A DNA stretch of 64,000 nucleotides. Source: Octopus sinensis. Its lineage: Eukaryota. The stretch lies in the NCBI RefSeq assembly GCF_006345805.1, contig NC_043000.1:32550001-32614000 (forward strand), written 5' to 3'. Position numbers and translations under genes: made by a program. Shown piece by piece: positions 36,961 to 49,859 of the stretch. Positions within the stretch are counted from its first letter, which is position 1. Each line of letters begins with the position of its first letter. A model generated the notes under the pieces. The model worked only from the letters and a program-made list of their open reading frames with translations. It was not told the DNA's origin and ran no database searches.

Positions 36961-37916
36961 AAAGTCGTAAATGAGAGTTATCATCATCATCATGTTCTTT
37001 GTTTCCAATCTTCAATGAAAAAATTCCAAGCCACAAGGAAATATTACTGTGTTCAGAAACAACTGGGAATTGGTAACAATTAGAACCTCTTGCCATAAAA
37101 AAAAATCTGCCACAACAAATTCCATGCAATTCACTATAACCTTTCATCATCTGACACAATTTTTTCTTTTTGTGTCTTGCAAGTGCTTGGTGACCCTGTC
37201 AGCGCAGGTGCCACTTAAAAGCACCCAGTCTACACCGTAAAGTGGTTGGTGTTCAGAAGGGCATCCAGCTGTAAAAACCTTGCTCAAACGGATCTCACCT
37301 GTGCTTGTGCCATGTACAAAGCACTAAGTCCACTCTACTGAGTGGTTGGTGTTAGGAAGGGCATCCAGCTGTAAAAATCCAGCCAAAACAGTCACAAAAG
37401 TCTGGTGTAAGCTTCTGCCTGGCTGGCTCTTGTGAAACTGTCCCATCCATGCTAGCATGGAAGGCGGATGTTAAACAATGATGATGATGATGATGAACAC
37501 TTTAGTTGTACATGTGTTATACAAAAAAGGAAAAATGGGATGATGATGGCTGGAATGTCTTTGATTTTAGATCTGCTGGATCAGGGCTGACCTGAAGCCA
37601 ATAACAACCACATATTAATCCTTTTGACACCAACCCACCTGAGACCACCCCAACTAAGACTGACCCTGTTTCTACAATAACATTTAACTGTTTTAAAGTG
37701 ATTTGAATTGAAGCTTTCTTTCAAAATTCCATGTTAATTTATGTTAATTTATGTTCCAAACTCCAGTTTAATAATGATGAAATTATTTCAATAAACTTCA
37801 TTACTTTCAAAATTAATTGTAACAAAAGCAATTTATTCCAACAGAAATATGGTAACGAAGGGTTAAAAGAATATCCACGAGTAATAAAGAGAAAAAAAAA
37901 GAAAGGCTCAACTTAC

Positions 37917-38146
37917 TCTTTGGACAGTTCAGTTGGCTGAGTTCTACATAATATGGAATATTTTCCATGTTCATGAGTAAGAATATGGTTCCGACTGAAC
38001 TTGACTTGTTCCCGTCTCTCTAAATCTCGTTGGGTACTTTCACTATTAACAATGATATGCGATGAATCTTCTGGAAAACTAATTTTGGCACTTGACACGA
38101 CAGGGAATCTGGAATACTCTCTGTATATGGAGATGGCTTCCTCTAC
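37917..38146 (-). CDS. APEH: APEH coding exon E1 of those visible (not the start exon)
   Basis: ttttcag|GTAGAG...AAGA|gtaagt; VEEAISIYREYSRFPVVSSAKI...STQRDLERREQVKFSRNHIL...TELSK matches recalled APEH N-terminus (EEAAALYR..WTQRDLERMENIRF); 230 nt, phase 0 to 2. Confidence 0.93.
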
Positions 38147-38332
38147 CTGAAAAGAAATATTTGAATAAAGGTTCAAAGACGAGATTTAAAACAAAACAAT
38201 TTGGAAACACACCAAATTCTTTGGCAATACAACAACTTGATTTGAAAAACAAAAGCTGAAAGAAAACACAATTTGATTGCCTCCATCACCACACACATAC
38301 TTATATCCTAGACAGACCTACATACAAACGTA

Positions 38333-39565
38333 CAGGGTAATTCAGAAGAATTTTTAGCTTTTAGATTATGCATAAAATATTTATTATATTCCAAATTTTG
38401 TTTTCAAATATTTTAAACACTATTTTTGTTGTTTTGCTGTTGAAATTCACTTGTCTGTGACGAAAAATACTCTTCCAGTACTGTTCTGACCTTGTCTACA
38501 GAATTCATGTCTTTTCCATCCAAATAATTTCAAAGACTGCAGAATAAATGATAATCAGATGGGGGCAATATCTGGTGAGTATGGTGGGTGGGGCATCGTT
38601 TCCCAGTCAAACTGCTGCAGCCTTTGGAATGTCATCCTCACTGTATGTGGCCAAGTATTATCCTAATGGAAGAACACCTTTCATCTTGAAACAAAGATGG
38701 TCTTTTTCCTTCTAGCGCTGACTTAAGCCACGCAAGCTACTCATAGTAGATCTCCTTTGTTATCATTTGATTTGAGTTTAAAAGTTCAAAGTGGACTATA
38801 CCTTTCATATCCCACCGAACAGATAACAACACCTTAAGTAGGTGAAGACCTTCTTTAGCCTGGGTTGCTAGTGTTTCTCCTTTCTTTACCCACTGTTTTC
38901 GGCGCTTAACATTTTTACAGAGTACCTATTTCTCATCACCAGTTACTATTTGGTCAAAAAATGGTTCATTTGTGAGATGAGACAGCAAAGAAGAGCATAC
39001 ATTCACTCTCTGCATGCGATTAGATTCGGAACCCATTAACCAAATCTGCTGACTTTTCCGATGGCACGCAGGTGTCGATGAATGGTTGAATGATAAAATC
39101 CAAGCTTCTCTGCTGGTTCCTCAACAGTTATGATGGGATTTTGTTCCACCAAGGTTTGCAGCACGTCCTCATCAAGGTCTACAGATCTTCCAGGATGAGG
39201 TTCGTCTTCTAGGCTGTAGTCTCCAGCTTGGAATTTCTAGAACCACCATTGACACTGGTTGCTCCTTATGGTCCGATCCTCATACACTGCATTAATATTC
39301 CTCGCACTTTCCATTGTGTTGTTGCCTTTATTGAACTCATAAAGCAAAATATGCCGAATATGTTTCTTTATCACTTCCATTAAAACTTTGAAAAAAATAA
39401 CTGCTGAAATTGAACTGCACTCTTCAAAACTTGCACTATGAATAAGTACAAGGTAAAATTACTGCCTGCTTTTATAGCAAGTTGATGCAGGTAGTTTATC
39501 CTATCCCCCTCTGACTTTTAGATTATGCAATTGAAGAAAACTGCATTATTTATGGGATGACCCTA
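38333..39565 (-). mobile_element. Degenerate mariner transposon
   Basis: TA-flanked cagggt/accct ends; minus strand RHILLYEFNKG and WETMPHPPYSPDIAPSDYHLF. Confidence 0.88.
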
Positions 39566-40019
39566 TATATGTGTGTATGTATATATATATATATGTATGT
39601 ATGTATGTGTATATATATATATGTATATATATGTATGTGTATATATATATGTATATATATGTAGAAAAATACAAACTGGGACAAGAACGTAAAACATTTA
39701 GAAGACGATACAAAAAACATGGACGGGACATTCGAAGCCTTCAATCTTCAGTCAAGAACTGGATCATCATAGCAGAGTTGCTATGTACATCCGTGAAGAT
39801 GTCACACCTCTTGTATTACTGTCACATTCAAACTCAGTTTGCGACACCTTAATAATACATATAAAGCAAGCTGATGTAGCTGTATGCACAATATATCATC
39901 CGCCAAATATCACAAAATATAATACTTATGCTGGTGGTGCTTGTGCTGCATAACTTCCTTAAAAACAGAAGTCAGGTAGTTGCAGCCAATGGTGCCCTTT
40001 CTGAAGAAACTCAAATCCT

Positions 40020-40640
40020 AAGTAGTTTACTCTAAGGAACTGTTCCGGGGCCATTACTGTTCATAATACTCCTCTTAGACATGCCCAAGGTCACTCGTAC
40101 AGCCATTGTCACTAGCTATGCCAATGATAAAAGATTATCACAGGCAATAAAAACCAAGAGGATGTCACAAGCTTATAACGAGACCTGAATTTGATATACA
40201 AGTGGGCTGAAATAAACATCATGCAGTTTAATGCTGGAAAATTTCAAGCATTGCACTATCAACTCACAAATACAGTACAATCTACATTTACCGGACCTGA
40301 AGGCACCGAAATCCCAGAGTCACAGGCAGTGAAAGACTTGGGGATCAGTATGTGCAACGAGGCATCATTTCATATACATGTTAGCAAGATGGCAGCAAAG
40401 TGCAGACAGCCAGCAAAATGGATCCAGAGGTTCTTCAAGACAAGAGACCAAGAAACTATGTTGTCTCTGTGGAGAATCTTTGTTCTCAGCCACCTGAACT
40501 ACTGCTCGAAGTTATGATCACCACACAGTGCCAAACTAACAGTGGAGCTTGAAGCATTCCAACGCCACTACACTAAAAACCATTGAAACAGTGCAGTGGA
40601 TGAGCTACAGGGAGAGGCTGAGAAAACTACAGAAAAGGAA
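40020..40640 (+). mobile_element. CR1/Jockey-group LINE RT remnant
   Basis: GTVPGPLLFII..YANDK; IYKWAE..MQFNAGKFQ..KDLGI..FVLSHLNYCS. Confidence 0.7.
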
Positions 40641-40659
40641 GATTAACTGAGAAGATAGC

Positions 40660-41720
40660 TTTCGTGTGCGGCAGATACACAGGGGCAATAGACACCACAG
40701 ATGCTCAGAAAACAGATTCCATCACACTCTAGGGGGAGAAACTAGAAGTAGTTGATAGTTTCCGCTACCTAGGTGACCAAGTTAGTAGTGGGGGTGGATG
40801 CTCAGAGAGTGTCACCACTAGAATAAGAATAGCCTGGGCAAAGTTTAGAAAGCTTCTACCCCTACTGGTGACAAAGGGTCTCTCGCTCAGAGTGAAAGGT
40901 AGATTGTATGATGCATGTGTGCGAACTGCCATGCTTCATGGTCGTGAAACATGGGCTGTGACTGCAGAGGATATGCGTAGGCTTGAAGGAAATGAAGCTA
41001 GCATGATCCGCTGGATGTGTAATGTCAGTGTGCACACATGACAGAGTGTAAGTGCCCTGAGAGAAATGCTGGACATAAGAAGCACTGGATGTGGCATGCA
41101 AGAGAGACGTCTGCACTGGTATGGTCATGTACTATGGATGGATGAGGAGAGCTGTGTGAAGAAGTGCCACTCCCAAACAGTTGAAGGAATCCCAAGTAGA
41201 GGCAGACCCAGGAAGACATGGGATGAGGTGGTCAAGCATGACCTTCAAATGTTGGGCCTCACAGAGGCAATGACAAAAGACTGAGACCTCTGGAGATATG
41301 CTGTGACACCGATGACCTGACAAGTAAAGTCAGTTCATGGCTGTATCCTACACCAGTTTTGCATAACCAGCCCCAACACATTCAAAAGTACCTTGGATTG
41401 TAGGGCGACCTGCTGTGCTTGAGGAGACAACATCAAAATGAAAATCAAATGGGAATTGTAATTGCGACACTTGTGCAGGTGGCACATAAAAAACACTAAC
41501 CGATCGTGGCCGTTGCCAGCCTCCCTTGGCCCTTGTGCTGGTGGCATGTAAAAAGCATCCACTACACTCAATGAGTAGTTGGCGTTAGGAAGGGCATCCA
41601 GCTGTAGAAACACTGCCAGATCAGACTGGAGCCTGGTGCAGCCTCCTGGCTTCCCAGACCTTGGTTGAACCATCCAACCCATGCCAGCATGGAAAAAGGA
41701 CATTAAACGATGATGATGAC
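40660..41720 (+). mobile_element. RTE LINE 3' about 1 kb
   Basis: LEVVDSFRYLGDQVSSGGGCSESVTTRIRIAWAKFR... closely similar to 2927-3560; (GAT)n tail. Confidence 0.9.
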
Positions 41721-41721
41721 A

Positions 41722-41754
<33 letters not shown>

Positions 41755-43340
41755 CTTTGGGTTTGTGGTTGTCCCACCACTTCACAACTGGTGCTGGCAT
41801 GTTACGTCCCTATAACTTAGCAGTTCAGCAAAATGAAGTGATTGAATAAGTACTAGGGATCAAAAATAAAATTTTTTAAAGTCCTGGAGTCAATTTGTTC
41901 AACAAAAAACCCTTCAAGGCAGTGCCCCAGCATGGCCACAGTAAAATGACTGAAACAAATAAAAGAATACATACGTTTATTAAAGCTGCAAAGTCTTCAC
42001 AAAACTTCAATAGAAGTATATTACTCTACCTTAGGTATTCGAGTACTGGTTTTTTTCTACCTTGGTTTGCATTTATGAGCCTACATGTGTTATATATATA
42101 TATATATATATATATATGGCGGTGAGCTGGCAGAATTGTTAGCATGCTGGGTGAAATGTTTAGCAGTATTTTGTCTGCCATTACATTCTGAGTTCAAATT
42201 CCGCCGAGGTCGACTTTGCCTTTTATCCATTTGGGGGTCAATTAAACAAGTACCAGTTATGCACTGGGGGTCAATGTAATCAACTTAATCCCTTTGTCTA
42301 TTCTTGTTTATCCCCTCTATGTTTAGCTCCCTGTGGGCAATAATGAAATATATATATATATATATATCTATAAATAAGGATAAGATTGTTAATTTAAAAA
42401 TAAAATAACGATTTTATCAAGTGGTCAGCATGGAAAAAATAACCTTCAAAGGTAATAATTATTAAAATTATAAATTAAGGTATCTACGAGATACTGCTAT
42501 TTTCAGCATGGTGGTATCTCGTAGATACCCTAATTTATAATTTTAATATACATTTTAATATATATATACATGCACACACACATGTATATGTTCAAGGGAT
42601 TTTTGAAATACTCTGTAATTAGTGCAGCCTTTAGAAAATAAAACTCTTTAACCGAATTAATTTATTCATTGAGTTTATTAATTTCTTTCATTCAAGTTAT
42701 TTCACTTGTCTTAATTTATTTACTTATTTTTTTCTTCACATCTATGCTAAGGTATTTGCTCTTTTTATGCCTATCTTCCACTGCTGCCTTCCCAACATTC
42801 CATCCCTACCCACCCCTCCTTACTGATGTAATAACCAGTAAGTACTTTTTGTAAGTTGGTAATGTAATAACTAATACTTCAGTAAGCTGGTGCTTTAATA
42901 ACTAATATTTCGGTAAGTTGGTGATTCATTTGTAACTTATTTCTATGAAGACAAACTGCACCTTGTTTCGATTTAAGTAAACACCAAACAAAAACAAAAA
43001 ACATATTTGATGCTTTCTCTTGGTAAACACTGATAGGTCTACAGCATGTTCGCAGGGCAAACGAGTGAAATTAATATCGACGCTAAACTGGGATAAGAGC
43101 TTGAAAGCCAGAGGTCTGCTCATTAAAGGTAACAGTGAAAATATATCTAACATGAGTAAAACAGCAGCAAGAAGTCTCAGAAGTTCTGCGAGAAGTTGCT
43201 AATTATACAGAAGGACCAAAGTTGGTGGAATATGAAATATAACACAGGGGAACTTTTACTTTCCAAGTTGATGCATTGTTGAAGAATTTGAGATTATTCC
43301 AAGATTATAATTAATTTTGATTTGGGGGGGAAAAAAAAAC

Positions 43341-43745
43341 ATAGACATAGGAGTGGCTGTGTGGTAAGTAGCTAGGTTACCAACCACATGGTTCTGGGTT
43401 AAGTCCCACTGCGTAGCACCTTGGGCAAGTGTCTTCTACTGTAGCCTTGGGCCGACCAAAGCCTTGTGAGTGGATTTGATAGACGGAAACTGAAAGAAGC
43501 CCGTCATATATATGTATATGTATGTATATATGTGTGTGTATATGTTTGTGCATCTGTGTTTGTCCCCCCACCACATTGACAACCGATGCTGGTGAGTTTA
43601 CGTCCCCGAAACTTAGCGGCTCAGCATAAGTACTAGGCTTACAAAGAATAAGTCCTGGGGTCGATTTGCTCGATCGACTACAGGCGGTGCTCCAGCATGG
43701 CCACAGTCAAATGACTGAAACAATTAAAAGAGTAAAAGAAAAGAG
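43341..43745 (+). mobile_element. Full-length tRNA-derived SINE of the most abundant local family (partial copies near 9745, 15320, 21880, 25810, 50515, 54050)
   Basis: ggagtggctgtgtggtaag A-box-like head, aaagccttgtgagtggattt body, ctccagcatggccacagtcaaatgactgaaac tail with (aaaag)n. Confidence 0.85.
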
Positions 43746-43944
43746 AGTATAGGCACAAGCATAGATGTGTGGTTAAGAAGCTTGTTTTGTAACCAAATGG
43801 TTTTGGGTTCAGCTCCACTGCACAGCACTTTGGGTGAGTGTCTTCTGCTATAGCTCCAGCCCCAAATTGATTAATGCCTTGTGAAAGAATTTGGTAGATA
43901 AAAATTATGTGGGAGCCTGTTGTGTGTGTGTGTGTGTGTATGCA

Positions 43945-44922
43945 CTAGCTTAAAAGCTGCTCTCTAGGGCGGCATTTAAGCTAGTATATAGCTTCGAAGT
44001 AACTGATCCTGAATCGGAAGAATTTGCAAACAGATCTCTGACTTGTTTTGGAGAATTTGTTTCAATTGCTTCCTCCAGAGTCATATCCCAACAATGATCA
44101 TATCCGTCGCAAAAAATCAAGGGAAAAAGAAGAAAATAGGAATCCAAAATTTAGGATTGCAGGTTTGGATTCAGCCCAGAATGTTTTTAATTTACTCATG
44201 GAATCAGCCTGGTTCCAAAATGATATGGTATGTTGGGCTACGGCCTCTAGGAGTAAAGTTGAAAAAGTGTGACATACTGACATTCACATTTATTACATCA
44301 GATGTTTCATTTTGGGGAAACTTTATTTCAATTAAAGTGTATTTTATATATGTGTTGTGTGTGTGTGTATATATATATATATATAGGGAGAGTTTACGAA
44401 GAAAACAAAAGACGAAGACAGGTGGTGTACAAACAAACAGATGTATTAGTATAACGCTCAGGAATAGAAAAAGTCTTTTACATTTCGAGCCTAAGCTCTT
44501 CTACAGAAAGGGACACAGAAAAAACAAGGAGGGAAAAAAATGTGTGTAGTGGCTAACAATCTAAGTAAAAAATAAAACAAAAATGATAGTGTTTGGTATG
44601 TTGGTGACAAGAATCTCTGTCAAAGGGACATGGTTAAACAAAGTTGTACATTGTCTCCCTCTTTCTCTCTCTTATTATTACTCCCACTGCCACCATCGAC
44701 ACTACTACTTTTAATAAAACATCATCAACTCTCCCTAAATTACTTTAACTCTCTTTCTTTCTGTCCCTCTCTGTCTTCGCCATTGCCCTCACCATCTTTA
44801 TGCCTACTATTACTCTCACCCCATCATGAGGAATAGTAGGAGTGCCGTTGAATAGTGAGAGAGGAGGTGTAAGTGTTACACACTGACACACACAAATTAG
44901 TTTTCGCATTTATTATATTAGA
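43945..44922 (-). mobile_element. Non-autonomous Helitron with RepHel remnant and nested repeat
   Basis: A|TCTAATATAATAAATGCG 5' end; DHCWDMTLEEAIETNSPKQVRDLFA; imperfect GC hairpin then CTAG|T. Confidence 0.75.
44475..44510 (-). ncRNA. Candidate minimal hammerhead-like motif in a Penelope-like terminal repeat (about 44385-44600)
   Basis: CUUU CUGUAGA A GAGC uuag GCUC GAAAU GU A AAAG. Confidence 0.4.
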
Positions 44923-45450
44923 TGGTATCAAAAAGTTCCCAGACTAGTTCTGTAGCATGCCAACAAATGGCAGCACATGCTTATGTGCTCAGTGAGAGCT
45001 AGCAGTGACCTTCATGGGGCAGTGTGCTGAGTGACATCACTGTGTAAGATGTGAAATTTGTGTTTTTGTGATCACGTGTATGCTGTTGTTTGTGATTTTG
45101 TCATCAATAGGAAGTTCGGACAAAGAGCCAACGTGAAATTTTGCATTAAACTTGGGAAGTCTGCTACAGAGACATTGGCCATGCTGCAGCAAGCTTATGG
45201 CAAGGAGGCAACGGCTCATATGCAAAGTTTTGAAAGGCATGGAAGACGATGGGCAATCCAGAAGACATGCCATGAGTGTCACCCCCAGAAATGTGGAGGC
45301 AATTCATCAGCTTGTGCCTGAGAATGATTGGAGGACAATCAAGAATGTGTTGAAGTGTTTGAGGGAGGATATTTGGCGAAAACCGGATTTGTGGAGTGTG
45401 AAGAATTGGATACTTCACGACAACAACGCACCCTGTCACTGAGCTCTCTT
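44923..45450 (+). mobile_element. Internally deleted mariner relic
   Basis: TIR ggtatcaaaaagttcccagac; QRANVKFCIKLGKSATETLAML; ILHDNNAPCH. Confidence 0.8.
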
Positions 45451-45953
45451 CACTTGATCCAGTGATCCAGAAGTTGTTGCTCTTCTATTACTTTCGCAAA
45501 CAACAGTAACTTTTTTCAGCTGAATACACGTCATTGATTGGTTAAAATTACCCAAAACAACTACTTTAACATGAAATAGCTTCTAAAATACAAAATTTTG
45601 TCCAAAATGTTAAGAGTAAACCGTGTTCTACATGACACATTCAACTAGTATCCAAAGTTTCAAACTGGTTAGTTATAAAAAAAGTTAATTAAAAAATCTG
45701 TGACTGAGATTGAAAAGATCCCAAATTTTATACAATTTGAAGAGCATTTCTAGATGAAGAAGGTCGTCTAATTGACTGGCAAAAGACTCATTCTCCAACA
45801 CACAACAACCTCTGACCCACTCACTCTATTGTACCTGCCTGATATTTAGAGGTCTTCAAGAGTCCAACCACTTAACTAAAGAAATTTGAAATATAAAAGG
45901 AACCTCTGCTGAAATATTGAAAGAAAAAAACATTGAACAAACTCCTAACAATG

Positions 45954-46610
45954 ATTCCAGACCAGCCAACCGTTCTAGACCAGCCAACCATTCTAGACCA
46001 GCCAACCGTTCTAGACCAGTCAACCTTCTAGACCAGACAACCGTTCCAGACGAGCCAACCATTTTAGACCAGCCAACCATTTTAGACCAGCCAACCATTC
46101 CAGACCAGCCAACCATTCCAGACCAGCCAACCGTTCCAGACCAGCCAACCGTTCCAGACCAGCCAACCGTTCTAGACCAGCCAACCGTTCTAGACCAGCC
46201 AACCGTTCTAGACCAGCCAACCGTTCTAGTCCAGCCAACCGTTCTAGACCAGCCAACCATTCTATACCAGCCAACTATTTTAGACCAGCTAACCATTTTA
46301 GACCAGCCAACCATTCCAGACCAGCCAACCATTCCAGACCAGCCAACCATTCCAGACCAGCCAACCATTCCAGACCAGCCAACCATTCTAGACCAGCCAA
46401 CTATTTTAGACCAGCCAACCATTCTAGACCAGCCAACCATTCTAGACCAGCCAACCATTCTAGACCAGCCAACCATTCTAGACCAGCCAACCATTCTAGA
46501 CCAGCCAACCATTCTAGACCAGCCAACCATTCAGACCAGCCAACCATTCCAGACCAGCCAACCATTCCAGACCAGCCAACCATTCCAGACCAGCCAACCA
46601 TTCTAGACCA
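45954..46610. repeat. 18-bp minisatellite (tagaccagccaaccattc), about 36 units
   Basis: Direct reading; two 1-nt deletions at about 46025 and 46532. Confidence 0.97.
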
Positions 46611-47476
46611 TTCAAGGATTCACTCAAGGAACATCAACAGCTACAAACTCAATCACAGATCAACTTCCTGCCATAAAGTGACAACAAAACCCGATAGAGA
46701 ACAAGTTGAGGGGTTCTCCAGTCCTGCAAGTGAGAGCATTAAAAGAATAAAGGAATGATGTCTTCTCTCTCTGTCTATTCTATCATTACAATGTCTTTTA
46801 CCCTTCTTCGCTGCTTACATACCACTTCTACACACCACCAAGAGTATATTATGAACAATGGCTTTTTCTTATCAATCTTAGTTGAAGAAACACAACCATG
46901 GCAGAAGGGTAAGCACTCAGAAGTGGAAGAACAGAAGCTAAACAAGTTTGACGTTTAGTCTATTGCTCTACAATATATAAATCATGTCTGCATAAAAGTA
47001 GGAAATGGTAGAATGCCTCTCCAAAGACACAAAAGAATATTTATTGTTGTTGCAAGTATTGTTGTGCTGTTAAAAATATCTTTTTTATATTTCAAGCTGT
47101 ATTTGTCTGACAATAATTAAGTGACCTCCTCTAAGCATCAGATGACGACAGCTGAAAATGACTGGCCTATATATAGAGGTGAGGAGGGAAAATTATGTGA
47201 AAACCTTTAATATTCACATTACTTTGTCAAATGTAAAGCTTACTTATTCAGACCGTTTTCAGTTAATCATTCAATATATTGCAGCTCCGAGATTACAATA
47301 ACATGACTATTTATTTGTAGAATGACATAGCAAGGTGAGTCTGACAGGCAGGATCTGGCCTATTTCAACATAAAACAGGTAGAATCTTTGGGCAGTTTAA
47401 ATGCTAAAGGGTTAAAACCCTGAAGTGTATATATATACTGACCAACAACCTCATCTCAGACTAGTTGCAGTAGAAA

Positions 47477-47765
47477 TGAGTGAGTGACAGGTCACACTCG
47501 GTGCAACGAGTGAATGAGAGAACATATCACTCTCAGAGCAATGAGTGACAGGTCACACTCAGTGCAATGAGTGAGTGACAGGTCACACTCAGTGCAATGA
47601 GTGAGTGACAGGTCACTCTCAGTGCAATGAGTGAGTGACAGGTCACTCTCAGTGCAATGAGTGAGTGACAGGTCACTCTCAGTGCAATGAGTGAGTGACA
47701 GGTCACTCTCAGTGCAATGAGTGAGTGACAGGTCACTCTCAGAGCAATGATGGGAGTGACAGGTC
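47477..47765. repeat. 30-bp minisatellite (gtcactctcagtgcaatgagtgagtgacag), about 9 units
   Basis: Direct reading. Confidence 0.95.
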
Positions 47766-48126
47766 AATGACAATTCTGACACCAAATAATAACTGGTTAA
47801 GTGAGGTCAACAGTTTTTGGGTGTTTTTCTATGACAAATATCTTCAAAGCTGTAATTACTATCCTTACATTTTCTTTCATTAAACTCCCGTTCTGTATAC
47901 AGTTCCCTTAGAGAAGCACAAGGCTTCAATTTCAAATATAATTAATCTTTTATCTTTTACCTGTTTCAGTCATAAGACTTTGAGCCATGCTGAAGCACCA
48001 CCTTAAAGAAGCCCTTATAAGGGCCTGGTACTGATTTTATCAATCTCTTCAGCTTAATCGCTAGGTTACAAGGATGTAAACATACCAACATTGGTTGTCA
48101 AGTGGTGGTGGTGGGGGGAAAAACAG

Positions 48127-48161
<35 letters not shown>

Positions 48162-49859
48162 AACATACACTTTATGGGCTTCTTTCAGTTTCTGTCAACT
48201 GGATCTATTCACAAGACTTTGGTTGACATGAAGCTATAGTAGAAGACACTGGTTCCAGTGGGACTGAACCCAGAACCGTGTGGTGGAGGAAGCAAACTTC
48301 TTCAGAGACATCAGAAAAATTTAATGAAATGAAATGAAAGAATTACACCTGGGAAGTGAATCTCTGCCGAAGAAGGCGTCTGAACTTATCTTGGCATTTC
48401 AATGGGATTTTCCAATTCCGAGAACTGATTAATTAATCCACAATTCTACAGCTACCAGAATTGTGTTTTGTAGCATCATAAAAACTGACATCACAAGGAA
48501 AGAATAAGGTGTGTGTGTGTGGGTGGGGGTGGAGGAGGTAGGTGTTTCATTGAATGAGGTAAATGGCAAAGATGTAGAAAGGAAGGTCTAGAAGAACCAC
48601 AATGCAATAGGTTAGTAAACTGATACTAGTTGCACAAGTAGCAGTGGCTCTGCTCAGCAACCTTCAATTACCACAAACCATATGTTAGAGAGATAAGACG
48701 GGTTATTCAACAATGTAATGGCTAGATTCAAAGCTAATCCTAATTCTTTGTAGAGTGATTGCCATGTGTTTCCCAAACATTCAAATGCCACTAAAGTAGA
48801 TAAAGTATGCAACTCAGAAGCAATTCTAAGTACAAGGTCTTTTAAGAACCAACCAAACTTTAATGAAATCTTCAGTTCTTCAGACTTTGGTTATTTCAAT
48901 CAGAAACATTGTTTAGAATTTCTTACTGAACATGTATTTAAATTATATTTCAAGTATCAGGTTTTTGGTGTCATAGTGACAGATGTAGCCAGACAGCCAT
49001 GTCTAAAACAGACACAAAGTGTAGAGAGGAAATAGAGGTTATTGCTGGTGGTGGTGGTGGTGGTGGTAGTAGTCATAGTAACATAGTAAATGTCTTTTTT
49101 TGTTGCTTAGGGTACGAAGAGCAGGTCCTTTGGCCCTTTCAAGGGCCTCCGTAACCGATAGGAACAAGAGTCTTTACTCATCCATTCAATGGACCTAAGT
49201 CTGGCTGAAGGAGTTCAGCCAGGCAACAGAATAACTTGACCCACAAACAAGAAATGGACAATCTCTTTGATTAGTTTCAAGGTGTTCACAAAATCCCTGT
49301 CTCTTTAAATTCACTCACAAGGCTCATGTCAGCCCAAGGTCACGATAGTCATTGCTGCTGTATTGTGGAACTGAACCTGCGAGCATGTAATTACAAAACA
49401 AAACTTCTTAACCACTTGGCCAAGCCTCCAGTTATACATGAAGAAATACTACACTTTCACCACATATCCACCACCACCATCATTTTAACATCCACTTTTC
49501 CATGCCTGCATGGAGCGGATGGAATTCACTGTGTCAGATTTTCTATGGCTAGATGTCCTTCCTGTTGCCAATCCTTGCCTGTTTCATGTTTTCCCATGGT
49601 TGCTGGACATGGTTTCAATGGAAGACTGAAAACAAAAAGCATTGCTTGTGTGATGACCGCTGGTCATTTACACACACACACACACACACATGGGCTTCTT
49701 TCAGTTTCTGTCCCACAAATCCACCCACAAGGCTTTGCTCAGTGAGGGGCTGTAGTAGAAGACACTTGCCTCAGGTACTGCACAATGGGACTGAACCTGA
49801 GACCAACAGGGGTGGGAAGCAAGCTTCTTAACCACAGTCATACTTCATCCCTGCTGACC

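Noticed and set aside
39690-39790. Another hammerhead-like motif (CUGAAGA...GAA on minus)
   Set aside because: Stem II only about 3 bp, GAAA incomplete and no stem I
42820-43200. Degenerate 31-36 bp repeats and overlapping 60-80 aa ORFs on both strands
   Set aside because: No recognisable homology and only a weak donor; kept only as a start-exon candidate
47310-47345. Plus-strand micro-exon tag|...aag|gtgagt
   Set aside because: Lies within a repeat-like segment ending in taaagggttaa, and gives a stop in the phase needed after the candidate ATG exon
47540-47740. Iron-responsive elements (CAGTGC loops)
   Set aside because: The 5-bp upper stem and bulged C required for an IRE are not formed
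45954-47765. CRISPR-like arrays
   Set aside because: Units are contiguous with no unique spacers; eukaryotic context; no cas genes
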